Assembly (NCBI RefSeq): GCF_006345805.1
Contig: NC_043005.1
Coordinates: 22,382,001 to 22,446,000 of the forward strand
DNA from: Octopus sinensis
Taxonomy: Eukaryota
Length of the DNA: 64,000 bases
Direction: 5' to 3'
Each line of letters begins with the position of its first letter. Within the stretch, counting starts at the first letter, position 1. Below the pieces are notes generated by a model. That model was not told the origin of the DNA. It did no database searches and worked only from the letters and a program-made list of their open reading frames with translations. Below, in pieces: positions 1 to 34,854 of the stretch. Position numbers and translations under genes: made by a program.

Positions 1-440
1 TTTATTTGACTGTAAAAAATGTGCACCTTTTATCTTTTACTTGCGTCAGTCGTTAGACTGCAACCATGTAATTAATACAAGGGTTTTAGTTGAAGGAATC
101 GACCTCAGTACTTATGTTTTGAGCCTGGTACGTATTCTGTTGTTCTCATTTGCCGAACCGCTAAGTTACGGGGACGTAAACAAACTAAGCAGTGTTGAAG
201 GATAAACACAGACACAAAAACACACACAGATATATATACGAGAAGCTCCTTACAGTTTCCGTCTACCAAATCCACTCACGAAGCTTTGCTCGACCTGGTG
301 CTAAAGTATGGTCGAGCAACAAATTTCTAATCACACAGTCATACACTCACACGGACGCGCATACACACACAGACACACGCGCGCACACACACACACACAT
401 ACATACATACATACATACATACATACATACATACATACAT
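1..440. repeat. Duplicate of gene B intron 5 segment 49113-49550, including an identically truncated SINE
   Basis: Colinear high identity that includes SINE-diagnostic mutations, the truncation point and flanks on both sides. Confidence 0.85.
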
Positions 441-599
441 ACATACATACATTTTATCAGAGTCCATTCTAACGCAAGCATTTCAGCCAGATCTCTAGTT
501 TAAGGATACTTTCCTCTCTACTTCTCATTGATCTTTGAGGCCTTGTAATGAGTTACAAGCCATCGCCTTTCCTGCTGGTTAAAAGATTAAAGAGTCCAC

Positions 600-2200
<1,601 letters not shown>

Positions 2201-2942
2201 TTATTAACATGTCATATAATGAATGAAATGACAAAACAGTTCTGTTTCCTAAAACTGCTTTTTCAAAGTAAAAACCAGGTAAGCAATTTTAGCTATTATA
2301 CGTTAAAAGCTTTTAATATTTCTTCCGTGTATTTGTTTGAAAATTCATTTGAAATGAGATCGTGGTGTGTTGAAACTAAAAAAAACAAAACAAAAAAAAA
2401 ACAAAAACAAAACAAAAAAGATGTATTCTGAAAATATTTCATTTTGCATTTTCGTATTTTATTACATAGTAGGAATAGAGTGGAATTTCCACGGATATTT
2501 TGAAAATTGTAAGATGTAATTCGATATTTTTCTGAACTATTTGACGTTTGAGATTGCATAAAAGACAACATAGATAAAACTAAAGGTGGAATCCGAAGAA
2601 ACATGGTCTCTATACTTTCTATATTCTAGTGTGCTTTCCTTTGTAAGTTTTATCCATCAATTTTCGCTTTATGTAAAGAAGTAAACTATCTTTAAAAGAG
2701 AATAACATTGAAAATATCATTTATAATATACTCTAACTGTATGTTGCTAAAGCTTTTACAGAACTTTGTACATTTATTTGATGAAAAAACCCCTCTAAAA
2801 ACACCGTACTTAAAACGTTGTCACTTTCTCTTTACGTCAATTGTCGTCCATATTTGTCTATTTGAGCAGACGACAATTGATTGTGCAAACGCGCATGCGT
2901 TAAATGATAGCCGATGTTACTATTACTATTAGCATCCCATTC

Positions 2943-3017
<75 letters not shown>

Positions 3018-3040
3018 GCCTGCCTGCCTGCCTGCCTGCC

Positions 3041-3085
<45 letters not shown>

Positions 3086-4034
3086 GTCTGTCTGTCTTTC
3101 ATGTTCTGTCACTCGGAGTTTATCTATACGTGACACTCAGTGTTGTTAACATGATATATAATGTATGAAATGACAAAACAGTTTTGTTTCCTAAAACTGC
3201 TTTTTCAAAATAGAATTCAGGTAAGCAATTTTAACTTTTATACATTAAAAACTAAATATTTCTTTTAAGCGCATTTAAATATTTGTTTTGTTGACAATTC
3301 CCTTGATATGAGATTGTGGTGTGTTGAAGCTAAAGGAGAAAAAAAATGTATCGTGGAAGTATTTTCTTTGACATAGTAGGAATAGAGTGGAATTTCCACG
3401 GATATTTTGGAAATTGTAAGATGAAATTCTATATTTTTCTGAACTATTTGAGTTTTGAGATTGTATAAAAGACAACATAGATAGAACTAAAGTTGAAATC
3501 TAAACGAGGCATATCTAATGAATGCTTCAGACGGAGTTCATCTATACATGACAATCAGAGTTATTAACATGTCATATAATGTATGTAGATAAAACTAAAG
3601 GATAAATCTGAAGAAACAATGTTTCTGACTGCTATATTCTAGCATGTTTTACTCTGTGAGTTTTATCTATCATTTTTCACTTTATGTAAAGAAGTAAGCA
3701 ATCTTAAAACTTGAACAATATTGAAAATATTTATCGCAATATTCAGTAACTGTATGCAAGTAAAGTTTTTACAGAATTTTGTACGGTTACTTGAAAGAAA
3801 AACAAATGAAAAAAATCTTAATAACACCGTACTTAAAACCTTGCCACTTTTTCTCTTACGTCAGCTGTTGTCCCTTTTTGACTATTTGAGCAGACGACAA
3901 TCAATTGTGCTAATGCGCATGCGTTGAATATAAAAAGTAATGAAAAAATAAACCATTCTTTTCGCTGTCCGTAACCAAATAATCTCTGCTAATATCACCA
4001 CCACCATCACTATCTATCTATTTATCTATCTATA

Positions 4035-4131
<97 letters not shown>

Positions 4132-4182
4132 CTATATATATCTACCTGTCGGTCTGTGTGTCTGTCTGTTTGTGTGTCTGTT

Positions 4183-4217
<35 letters not shown>

Positions 4218-5247
4218 CTGTCTGTTCATCTGTCTGTCTGTCTGTCAGTGTGCCTGTCCGTCTCTGTGTCTGCTTACCTATCGAACTACTGTACGTTGGT
4301 AAAATTTTCACAAATACGCCAGTGAAAAAAAAAAAGGGGTCAATAAAATGAATTAATGAAAATAGATCCGTAATCATTCTTTCTCTTGATGTGTTTCTCT
4401 TGCGTGCCTACATATCTACGGCTATAGTAAGTTGGTAAAGTTTGTACAATACGGCTGTGAAAAAATAAATAAATACATAAGTTAATTAATTAAAATAAGT
4501 TAATTAACTAAAATGTACCCGTACTCACTCTTTCTTTTGATATGTAATGTTAACAATATGTTATAAATAAATGAATATATGTTACGATTGAGCTGTCGAC
4601 ATTTAATTGCATGAACGCACATGCATTAAGTGAAGGGCAATATTTAAAATAAGTACCCTTTCACTGACCAATCAGTACCCAGGCATCCTTAAACTAATAT
4701 GACCTCCATATTAGTTCAATACGGCTGTGAAAATTAAATAAATACATAAGTTAATTAATTAAAATAAGTTAATTGCCTAAAATGTACCCGTCCTCACTCA
4801 TTCTCTTGACGTTTAATTTTGACAATATGTTATAAATATATGAATATAAGTTGCGATTGAGCAGATGACAATTAATTGCATGAACACACACGAATTAAGT
4901 GAAGGGCAATATTAACAAAAATCTTTTCACTGACCAATCACTCTCTAGGCTTCTTAAGCCTGTATATAGCCAACTTCTTTACTAGGAAAATGGCCGCTGT
5001 TTCTTTCCCAACGGAAAAAGACAAGTCTATGATGAACCATTCAAACAAATATAAGGGAAAACATACATGAATTAACGGGAAGATGTCCAGAAGTAAGAGA
5101 AGAATGCAATGGATACGATCATATTACACAAAAAACTGTGATAATATGCGTCAAGTAAAAAAGGCAATAAAAATATAAACTATTCTTTTCGCTGTCCAAA
5201 TTGCTACGTCCGTAACTAAATAATCTCCATTAATATCACCACCACCA

Positions 5248-8200
5248 AGAACAACAACCACCACCACAACCAACAACTACTACCACAACCAAAACACCGG
5301 AATAAAAGCACTACTACCCACACCACCATCAACACAGAAGACGACAGAAGAAGCACACCAAGCAAATCCATCAACAATCGAAAATAATGAAACACCTGAG
5401 AAAATACCAACACCACCACCAACAGCAAGAACTAAAGAAATAGAAAAAGATACAAAAACTGATTCCCCATCCCCTATACCGTACACACCACACACTAACA
5501 GTCAACAACCAACATCAACGAAAACAACAACTCAACACTTACACAAACATACATAGAAGCCTACAACATGCCTCTACCCCCTTCTGATTCCTCAGAAATT
5601 TCGTCGGAGGACGAAAGCAGTGAGGAATGGCAAATAGCCAGAAAAGGAAAGAGGAAAAGGAGCAAAAAAAAAAAAGAACCAAACCAAATACAAACGCAAA
5701 CAAAGCAGGGAGATATACATCTCCCGAAGACATTTCGAAACCTACCACAAACAACAGCAACACCGACACCAACACCACAAACATATATACAGCAAACATG
5801 CTCACAGCTAAAGACACTAAAGACACAGAGTTGATGGAATACATCAAATCAAAAACAAACCTAACAAAAGATGACATAAAAGCAAACAATCACCCGCACA
5901 CAACACTACCGGAGCACATGAAAATACTACACATCTCACGAAGCCTACACCACACACTAAAATGCATTTTCCCCGGTGCGGTTGGTAAATGCCAAAAATA
6001 CCTTTCGAAAAAACTTTATTGGGATCTCCTCGATAACAAACCGAAGGAGGAGAAAGCAAAAACTTTCGAGCAGTAAGTAACCCTCTGTTCCTTTCATTTG
6101 TGTTTTAACTCACTAAGATTATGATGAAGATTGGTTGTGTGGATGCGCGTGGCTTGGGGTCCCCTTGGAAGCAAGGGTACCTCTTAAATGACATAAAGTC
6201 ACACAAGTTAGAAATCATAGCTATAAGTGAGACCAGACTCCATAATCCACGGGCCCTAAAGTTTATGTTTGAGGGACAGTTTAACAGTTATTTTTTTCCT
6301 TGATTGCCGACCATGGGCGGTAGTGGCACGGTGGTACTTTTTCGCAAGAGTCTGGATCTCGAAGTAAAGACAATATTCGTAGACCTGGAGGGTAGACTGG
6401 TTGTCATGGATGTCGACGGCAGAAATGAGTACGCTTTTCGACTCGTATTAGTCTACGCACCGCCTTTAACAGGTCGGCTGGATTTCTTTCGACGTCTAGA
6501 AGTATTCCTAGGAACGTCTCGTCCCTTACTTTTAGTGGGGGATTGGAATGCTACCTGGGACACACATGTAGACTACGTGGGCAGAGATAGGAATAGACGG
6601 GGATGCAAATGCCTCAGAGACCTGCTCAGACGCTTTCAACTGTCTGACAGGTACCGACTCGACCACCCGAATGCGCCAGCGTGGACATGGAGCAACCGCA
6701 TCGGGTCGTCAAGATCGTATCTAGATAGGATACTGTGTAGGACAGTAGATAGAGATAGCGTAGGGTGTCCATAATTCCACATAGTCAGCTACACGGATCA
6801 CAAACTTGTGACGTGTACGCTAGACTTAGATAAAACACATAGGCAGGATCCCGGGTACTGGAAACTAAACGCGTCTTTCCTATCGAGACAGGTTTTCAGA
6901 GACCGGATTAGCACGCTAATAAAGAGGACTTTGACGGGAGCCATCATCAACAACAAAAGGTGGTTTGCCCTCAAGAGAGCAATAAAAGCAGAAGCTATTA
7001 GCTATAGCAAAGCACTAGCCATAGATAGAAACAGAGTAGAGGGTGACCTAGTTAAGAAGCTAGAAGAGGCGATTAGAAGTGGCATCGTATCCGACGTTTT
7101 GGCGGCGAGGTTGGCCCTCGATCAACACTTCAACGCCAAACATGAAGGGTGTGTTGTCAGAGCTAGGATACGTGCTCTCAGGAACGAAGGTGTTGGAGTC
7201 GCGCGAGAGGCCCGATTGGCTGAGGCGCAACAGGGCAATAAAGCCACCATTTGGTCTCTGGTGGTTGAACAGGGACGCGAATTACTCGAGCCAAGTAAAA
7301 TGTATGAGGCCTTTCCACAGCATTTTGCCCGACTGTTCGAGACGAGTGGCGAGCGAGAACGCAGGGTGGACTCCAGTGACTATCTGCACAGCCTGCCACG
7401 ACTCTTGACAAGAGAGGCAGGGTGCTGCGAAGGTGCCATCACGCAGCGGAAGTGCAGGACGCGATGGCAGAATGCTCGAGAGACAAATCGCCGGGTTTGG
7501 ATGGTCTACCCAACAAGCTTTACAGTTGTATACCAGACTTGTTTGGAGACGTCTTGGCAACAGTGTACTGCAACTGGCAATAAAACAAGAGCATCCCCGG
7601 TTTTGTAAGCCGAGGAGCCGTAACGCTGCTGAAGAAAGACCCAAACAAGGGGAACGTAGTAGATAACTTTAGACCCATCACTCTGCTCAAAGCAGACTTA
7701 AAAATTTTGGCCAAGGTGTTAGCCAAGAGGTTGGCGCTTGTTATCGAGAAACTGGTGGACAAAGCGCATACATGCACCGTGCCGGGCTGGAAACAACCAT
7801 AATAACCTCCATCTGATGCGCTACATCATAGACAGGGTAGTTAAGGAGCCTGGCATGGGTGGGGCCCTGATCAATTAGGATCAATCCAAAGCTTTCGATA
7901 GGGTAGACCATCGATACTTTGAGGCTGTCCTCATAGCGGATGGTTTCGGTCCCGTCTTCCGCGACTGGGTAGCTGCTTTGTAGAGGCATCCGTTCGGTAA
8001 TTCGCATAAATGGACAATCGAGACCCTTCAACATTGCACGTTGAGTGCGTCAAGGATGCCCCCTCAGGTCGCTTCTATACGTATTGACTCTCGAGCCACT
8101 ACTGCGGAAGCTGGCGACGCTGAGGGGCATCCCACGAGAATTGGGATGCGGGACGAGCGTGTCTGCATACGTGGACGACGTCACCGTCATAGTGTCTAGC

Positions 8201-8757
8201 CAGAAGCACATCGAGTGGTCGGCGAGACACTGAAAGACTACGAAGCGGTAACAGGAGCGAAAACCAACCGGGAAAAGTCAGTGGGCTTGCGGCTCAGCAC
8301 CTGGAGAAGCAAGCCCATGCCATCCACCAGCGCCTCCGCCATGGGACCTGAAGAGGAAGGTTTGTCTCGTGAATGTTTCAAATAAAGATGGGTGAAAGTA
8401 GCAAGGATGACACGTGTGAATGACGGAGCCAGCTTGAGCATAATCCTAGGAACCAAAAAAAGAAGAGGAAAAAAGAGAGACTCTGTAATGTGTTTTTTTT
8501 TGCATGACATTATTGCCCAAGGTTATGGTGGTCTTTTCCGTAGGCTTTTCTTTCCACGGATAAACCTAATCAGTTTTCCATTTTTACATTGACATTTCTG
8601 TGATACACGATCCCTATTGATCGGCTATTTTTTTTCCATTTTGATCCATTTTGATCGAAATTCGACCCACTTTTTTTTCTCTTCTTCCCAAAAAGAAAAG
8701 CTCTACTTTGTATTTTGTCCCCTCTGTGTTCAGCCCTGTGTGGCCAAAAAAGAAACA
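5248..8757 (+). mobile_element. Tx1/L1-clade non-LTR retrotransposon, copy 1 (ORF1 remnant, APE, RT, internal deletion, 3'UTR)
   Basis: APE motifs IAISETRL, LVGDWNA, WTWSN..SYLDRIL, SYTDHK (6121-6800). RT motifs NFRPITLL, DQSKAFDRVDH, RQGCPL, AYVDDVT (7600-8190) with frameshifts and stops. It jumps to the 3' end near 8340 and ends in (CTAT)n. Confidence 0.9.
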
Positions 8758-8830
<73 letters not shown>

Positions 8831-8831
8831 G

Positions 8832-8910
<79 letters not shown>

Positions 8911-8917
8911 GTCTGTC

Positions 8918-8962
<45 letters not shown>

Positions 8963-10908
8963 TGTGTGTGTGTCTGCATGTCTGTTTGTGTGTGTGTGTG
9001 TGTACGTCTGTGTGTCTGCTTACGTATCGAACTACATAACTGTTTGCCTGCCTACATGTCTACGGCTACTGTACGTTGGTAAAATTTTCACAAATACGCC
9101 AGTGAAAAAAAAAAAGGGGTAAATAAAATGAATTAATCAAAATAGATCCGTAATCATTCTTTCTCTTGATGTGTTTCTCTTGCGTGCCTACATATCTAAG
9201 GCTATAGTAAGCTGGTAAAGTTTGTACAATACGGCTGTGAAAATTAAATAAATACTTAAGTTAATTAATTAAAATAAGTTAATTAACTAAAATGTGCCCG
9301 TACTCACGCTTTCTCTTGACGTTTAATGTTAACAATATGCTATAAACAAATGAATATAAGTTACGATTGAGCAGACGACGATTAATTGCATGAACGTATA
9401 TGCATTAAATGAAGGGCAATATTTAAAAAAAGTACCTTTTCACTGACCAATCACTATCTAGGCATCTTAAGCCTGTATGTGGGCGACTGGTTTACTAGGA
9501 AGAGCATCCACATAATCCTCTGATTACAGATGAAGTCTTAAAAAATACATCACATATAATCCCAGACACGCCATTTGATAAACATGATCATAAGGTTGTT
9601 TTCTCAGAGGTGACAAGGGGTAGAAAATGGCAGCTGTTTCTTTCTCAACAGAAAAAGACAAATCTATGTTGAAACATTTAAACAAATATAAAGGAAATCA
9701 TACGTGGATTAACGGGAAGATGTCCAGAAGTAAGAGGGCAATGCATTGGATACGATCATATTACACAAATGAACTGAGAGAGTGACAGAACATGAAAGAT
9801 ATTAACTAAAATGGCTAGCGGAGACAATATTGTTACTACAGATAAAGATGGGTGTTAGTTAAAGATGCAATGGTGGAAAGAATCCACGGCAAAGGAATAT
9901 CAAGAAAAGCAGTTCTTTAGCTTGAAGTCATACCTGATCGAGCGATGAGATCCAACATCGAAGGCAATTCATTCATGACAATCACCTTTGTTTTCAGGTA
10001 TAGTGTACTTTGGAGAAAATCCTAAAATAAATGATGTAATGTTAAGGGAGATTTCATTGCTATTTCTAGCATTTTGTGCAAAATTATACCGGCTCTATTT
10101 TTGGCTCATGGGGAGATTTGTTACGAGAGATATGAGGAAGAAATGGTGATGTTAGCTTTCAGGATGTTGTTAATCACAAAAGAGATGACAAAAGATAAGT
10201 GGCGAATGGTAATACGTAATACGTTCAATCTGAATCAGAATGAACTGGTTCTGGTCTAAGGGAAATAAATCCTACGCACGGGAGGCAACTCGGTCCAATC
10301 GTAATAGTTTCCGATGCTTTACAGCATATTTCAAGCGAAGTGCGTTGAGGTTACGAGGCATAGAAAATCTTCTTAAAGGAGTTAACGAGGCATATGTAAT
10401 GAATGCTTCAGACGGAGTTTATCTATACATGACACTCAGTGTTATTAACATGTTATATAATGTATGTAGATAGAACTAAAGGAGAAATCTGAAGAAACAA
10501 TGTTTCTGACTGCTATATTCTAGCATGTTTTACCTTGTGAGTTTTATCTATCATTTTTCACTTTATGTAAAGAAGTAAGCAATCTTAAAACTCGAACAAT
10601 ATTGAAAATATCATTTATCGCAATATTCAGTAACTGTATGCAAGTAAAGTTTTTACTGAATTTTGGACTGTTATTTGAAAGAAAAACAAATGAAAAAAAA
10701 TCGTAATAACACCGTACTTAAAACCTTGCCACCTTTTCTCTTAACATCAGCTGTTGTCCATATTTGACTATTTAAGCAGACGACAATCGATTGTGCTAAC
10801 GCGCATGCGTTAAATATAAAAGGTAATGAAAAAATAAACCATTCTTTTCGCTGTCCAAATACTACGTCCGTAACCAAATAATCTCTGCTAATATCACCAC
10901 CACCATCA

Positions 10909-10974
<66 letters not shown>

Positions 10975-10992
10975 GTCTGTCTGTCTGTCTGC

Positions 10993-12585
10993 CTTGCGGC
11001 TCGGTACCTGGAGAAGCAAGCCCATGCTATCCACCAGCACCCTCGTCGTAGGACGCTGGACCGACGGTCCGGTCGAGTTGCTCGGGGTCTAGTTTGGTCC
11101 GGACCTCAAACGGAGGAGAACTGGAACAAGATAACGAGTAGGGTGGTCACTCTCGCCCGGCAATGGGCCGAGAGGAAACTGTCCCTAAAAGGTCGGGCGG
11201 AGGTGGCGAACACGTACATTGCGTCCGTCATCTACTACCGCCTGACCATCGTGCCTTGACCTGACCCTACCATTACCAAACTAGAACGCATTCTCTTTCG
11301 CTTCTTGTGGAAAGGATGCGTCCCGATGGTCAGGTGGTCCATTTGCTTTCAAATCCCGTTAAAAGGAGGACTGGGCATGCCGTGGATGATGATGCGCAGA
11401 CTCGCGCTGAGACTGCGACATCTCAGGATGTACGTAGACGGTGGTGAACAGGTGTGGTCGCCGTTTGTGAGGCACGCTTTCCCACAGCTCGTCTCTATGA
11501 CCGAACTGCAGTCGTGGATCAAAAAGAGGCCGAGAAAGTGCGAATGGCACCGCAAGTGTCGCGTTGCTCTCAAGCAACTATGCCGTCCCGGGTCGACCTT
11601 GAGCGACTTCAATACAACTAAAGCATTCTATAGGGGATTAGTGGAGGGGAGGAATGACGACGATCTCATGGCGAACCTGGGTGTCGACGAGGAATACCTG
11701 ACCTGCATGTTCAAGACGATTTTCGGGCCGAGACCTATGGACAACTTCCAGCGGTCCCTGGCCTGGCAGTGCTATTGAGAAGCGCTACCCGTTCGGAATA
11801 AGCTCTACAGACATGGCTTGAGAAACACAGGGCCGACCTGCCCGAGATGCGGTCAGAACGACGAAACCGTCCTGTCCGCACTCGTACAGTGTCCAACTAT
11901 TTCCGACCTGTAGGCTTATGTCGAACGACTGCTGTCACGTGTGGGACGAGTCGGTTTATCAACCGAGTCTATCGTGAATATTGTCACACCTCCATCCTTC
12001 AAACGGGAAGGAAGAGCTATTTTCATCATTCTTGTGGCAATGGTGAAAGAATGTATCTGGTAGACACGTCTGAAAGGATTGGAGACAAACAATTTCCCCT
12101 CTGGTCAATCTCTCAACTTCTTCAAGTATCACTTGAAAAGGAAAGTGAGGGTAGAGAGGCAAGTTTTGTCTAACGAATGTTTAAAGAAAAGATGGGTGAA
12201 TGTAGCAAGGATGGTACGTATGAATGACGAAGCCACCTTAAGCATAATCCTATGAACCCGGAAAAATTTAAAACATAGGGTTACCTACTTGCAGACACAT
12301 GTGGTAACATGTAATATTATTGACCGAGGTTACGGTGGTCTTTTCCGTAGGCTTTTCTGTCCACGAATAAACCTTATCTGCTTCTCCCTTTACACTTTAC
12401 ATCATGGCATTTCTGTGATCCACGATCCCTATTGATCGTTTTTTCTTGTTTTCTTTTTTTTTCTTTCCCTTTTACGACCCTTTTTGATCGAAAACCTACC
12501 ACACTTTTTTTTCTCCCCAAAAAGAAAAGGTCTACTTTGCAATCTGTCCCGTCAGTGTGCAGCCCTGTGTGGCTAATACTGAAAC
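10993..12585 (+). mobile_element. Tx1/L1-clade retrotransposon, copy 2 (5'-truncated; RT C-terminus, zinc finger, 3'UTR)
   Basis: Overlaps copy 1 at 8286-8336. Contains FLWKGCVPMVRWSIC..PLKGGLG and CPRCGQNDETV..ALVQC. The 3'UTR is homologous to 8380-8757 and it ends in (CTAT)n. Confidence 0.88.
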
Positions 12586-12611
12586 TATATATATCTATAT
12601 CTATCTATCTA

Positions 12612-12696
<85 letters not shown>

Positions 12697-12705
12697 GTTT
12701 GTGTA

Positions 12706-12737
<32 letters not shown>

Positions 12738-12761
12738 TGTGTGTGTTGCATGTCTGTATGT

Positions 12762-12826
<65 letters not shown>

Positions 12827-14259
12827 CGTCTGTGTGTCTGCTTACGTATCGAACTACATTACTGCTTGCCTGCCTACATGTTTACGGCTACTGTACGTGA
12901 TCATCCCGTGATCATCCTTTCTCTTGATGTCTTTCTCTTGCGTGCCTACATATCTATGGCTATAGTAAGTTGGTAAAGTTTGTACAATACGGCTGTGAAA
13001 AAATGAATAAGTAAATACATAAATAAGTTAATTAATTAACTAAAATGTACCCGTACTCACTCTTTCTCTTGACGTTTAATGTTGACCATATGTTATAAAT
13101 AAATGAATATAAGTTACGAGTGAGCAGAGGACAATTTATTGCATGAACGCACATGCATTAAGTGAAGGGCAACATTTAAAAAAAAGTACCCTTTCGCTGA
13201 CCAATCACTACCTATGCATCCTTAAGCCAATACAACCACCGTCCGTCCGTCTGCTCATCCTCCCTTTCCTCCATCAACCAGCCACTGCCTTCTTGACTAA
13301 AGGTTTTTAAAAAATCCACAAGAAACGCAGTGTGGTGTATAGTGAACTAACAAAGTGAGGACATCATATGAAGGTGATAGTTACACAGAAACAGTTGTAA
13401 GTCGAAGCATCAATGAAATGAAGTACATGTACTGCTTTAAGTGGTTTTATGGAATGAATGACCCTATTAGTTCAGCACGTAGCTGTAGAGAATACATAAA
13501 ATTTGGTGTAATGAAGGAGAGTTGTGTCTGGTAGCAATTGACGCTTGTATGTGGGCGACTGCTATATTAGGAAGAGCATCCACAGAATCCTCTAATTACA
13601 GATGAAATCTTAAAGAAACACATCTCATATAATCCAAGACACACCATTTGATAAACACGATCATAAGGCTGATTTTTCAGGGTTGACAGTGGTTAGAAAA
13701 TGGCAACTGTTTCTTTCTCAACAGAAAAGGCAATTCTATCATGAAACATTTTCAAAAATATGGTAGGAAACAGGAGTGATGAATGGCAAGTGGTAAGAGA
13801 GGAATGCGTTGGATACGATCATATTACATAACTCAACTGAGTGAGTGACAGAACATGAAATATATTAATTGAAGTGGTTAGTAGAGACAATACTGTTGGT
13901 ACAGACATATATGTGATATAATCAAAGATGGTGTTGATTAAAATGTGTTGCAAGCTGAAGGTGGGAAGTATGTAAGGCAGAGGAATATGAAGAAAAGCGT
14001 TGCAGTTGTTTCGCATGAAGTCGGCCCAGATCGAAGAATGAGTTTTCATATTGAAAGCATTCTATCCACGGCAATCACTATTGTTGTCAGGTATAGAATA
14101 CTTTGGTGAAAATCTCCGAGCAAATTAATAACGTCTTTATTTAGAGTATAATTTATGGGAGATTTAACTGCTATTTCTAGCATGTCGTGCGACAACATAG
14201 AGTCCCTATTTCTGCTCCGTGAGGGACACTTTTTCAAAGAAGATCTAAGGATGTTGACT

Positions 14260-14657
14260 GTAGTTTTGTCCGTCAATGCGATGAAGACCATCTAGTCATC
14301 CTTGGGTGGGGGTGGGATTGTTTAGTGAGGCCAATCTGCGCCCGAAAGAGTCTTTGACAGTGTGGACAGGGAATGGTAGCGCCTGCTACCGGGTTGTTAG
14401 CTCTGTTCTTCCTGGCTTGTCTGCGGTATTTTGTAGCAGCGATCCTATTGGTCTCGCATGTGTTGGCACCCTTGTGGACAGCTGATCGCCACCCTTCTCT
14501 GTCTAGAGCAGACTGCTCCCAAGTGTCATGGTCGATGTTGAAGGCTTTCAGTGAGGCTTTCAGTGTGTTCTTAAAGCACTTCTTCTGGCTGCCTTGTGAG
14601 CGCTTTCCCTTTTGCAGCTCGCTAAAGAGCAATCATTTTGGTAATCGATCGTCTGAC
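14260..14657 (-). mobile_element. RTE-clade LINE 3' fragment with 9-bp target site duplication
   Basis: ORF 14273-14632 (GKRSQGSQKKCFKNTLK..WEQSALDREGWR..CPHCQRLFRAQIGL) is a typical RTE C-terminus. The TSD ATGTTGACT is at 14251-14259 and 14658-14666. Confidence 0.88.
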
Positions 14658-15521
14658 ATGTTGACTACTATGAAGATGGCGATGTAAGCCTTCAGGATGC
14701 TGGTCATCACAATAGAAATGACAAAGGAGAAGAAAAGAATAGTAATATGATAAACAATCCAATCTAAAATGAGATGGTTCTGATGTAAGGGAAATTATTT
14801 CAGAGGCACGGGAGGTAAATCTGTTTAATCGTAATATTTTTCGAAGCATATTTCAAGCTTAGTGCATTGAGACTAGACATTGAAAATCTTCTTGAAGAGA
14901 TTAACGAAGTATACAAAATTAATGTATCAGACGGAATTTAGCTGTAAATGAAATCCAGTCATATAACTTATGAAACGACATAAAACAGTTTTGTTCCCTA
15001 ATAGCTATTTCATATATAAAACCATGCAAGCTATTTTAGCTGTTATATTTAGATATGGACCAAAGTCGAATATTCCAGACAAAGTCTCTCCACAATTGTG
15101 TGTTTGTTTTTCAGCTGCTAATTTGAAGAGAGGGTGCAAGTTTTTCTGTAATTCTCTTATATTAAAGCTTGTGTTCCTGTCCATTGTCAAAAGAGATGAA
15201 CATCTTCACAGCCATAATATTCCTACAATACACCAGTTTAGCTATTACTGCGTTGCAAATTTTAAATATCTCTCTAGTGTATTTGTCTGACAAAGCAATT
15301 CATATGAAATCATATTGAATTAAAACTAAAAGAAGAATTTTAAAAAATTAAGAAGTAATGTATCATGGTGGAAGTCTGTTTGCTATTTTGTAAACTGTTA
15401 AATAGTTAACACAAATGTATCATATATTTTCTATAAATTATGCAACTGCAGATTGCGAAGGAAAAAAAAACAATGATGCAATGCTTATCTTGCTTTATTA
15501 TGTAAACATACATACATACAT

Positions 15522-16206
<685 letters not shown>

Positions 16207-16223
16207 CATCCCATTAGAGTTCT

Positions 16224-16229
16224 TTTATT
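16224..16229 (-). terminator. Candidate polyadenylation signal AATAAA for gene A
   Basis: AATAAA on the minus strand about 185 nt after the stop codon; positional inference only. Confidence 0.4.
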
Positions 16230-16413
16230 GACCATTTCAATCATCAAAAAAATTTACTAGTACAGCCAAAATGTGCTTTTGCTCTTAGGCAAGGCACATA
16301 ACTCTACATGTATCAATTTATCTGACTAACAAAACAATAACGATCGAAAATAGATGTAAAATAGTTTAATCATTCAAAATCCATTGAAAATTAGAAACAA
16401 AGAATGTGATGAT

Positions 16414-34732
<18,319 letters not shown>

Positions 34733-34790
34733 ATTGAATAGTGATATGGAAACATACAACGTATACAAGTATAGTGAAATATTCTTTCTG

Positions 34791-34854
<64 letters not shown>

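Noticed and set aside
9635-9790. C-type lectin identity for the decayed ORF (AVSFSTEKDKSMLKHLNKYKGNHTWING)
   Set aside because: The resemblance is short, the diagnostic cysteines and WND-type motif are missing, and an alternative frame aligns equally well between copies.
34788-34790. Splice acceptor for an upstream non-coding exon of gene A
   Set aside because: The pyrimidine tract is weak, the AG is not conserved at the same position in gene B, and no upstream exon was identifiable.
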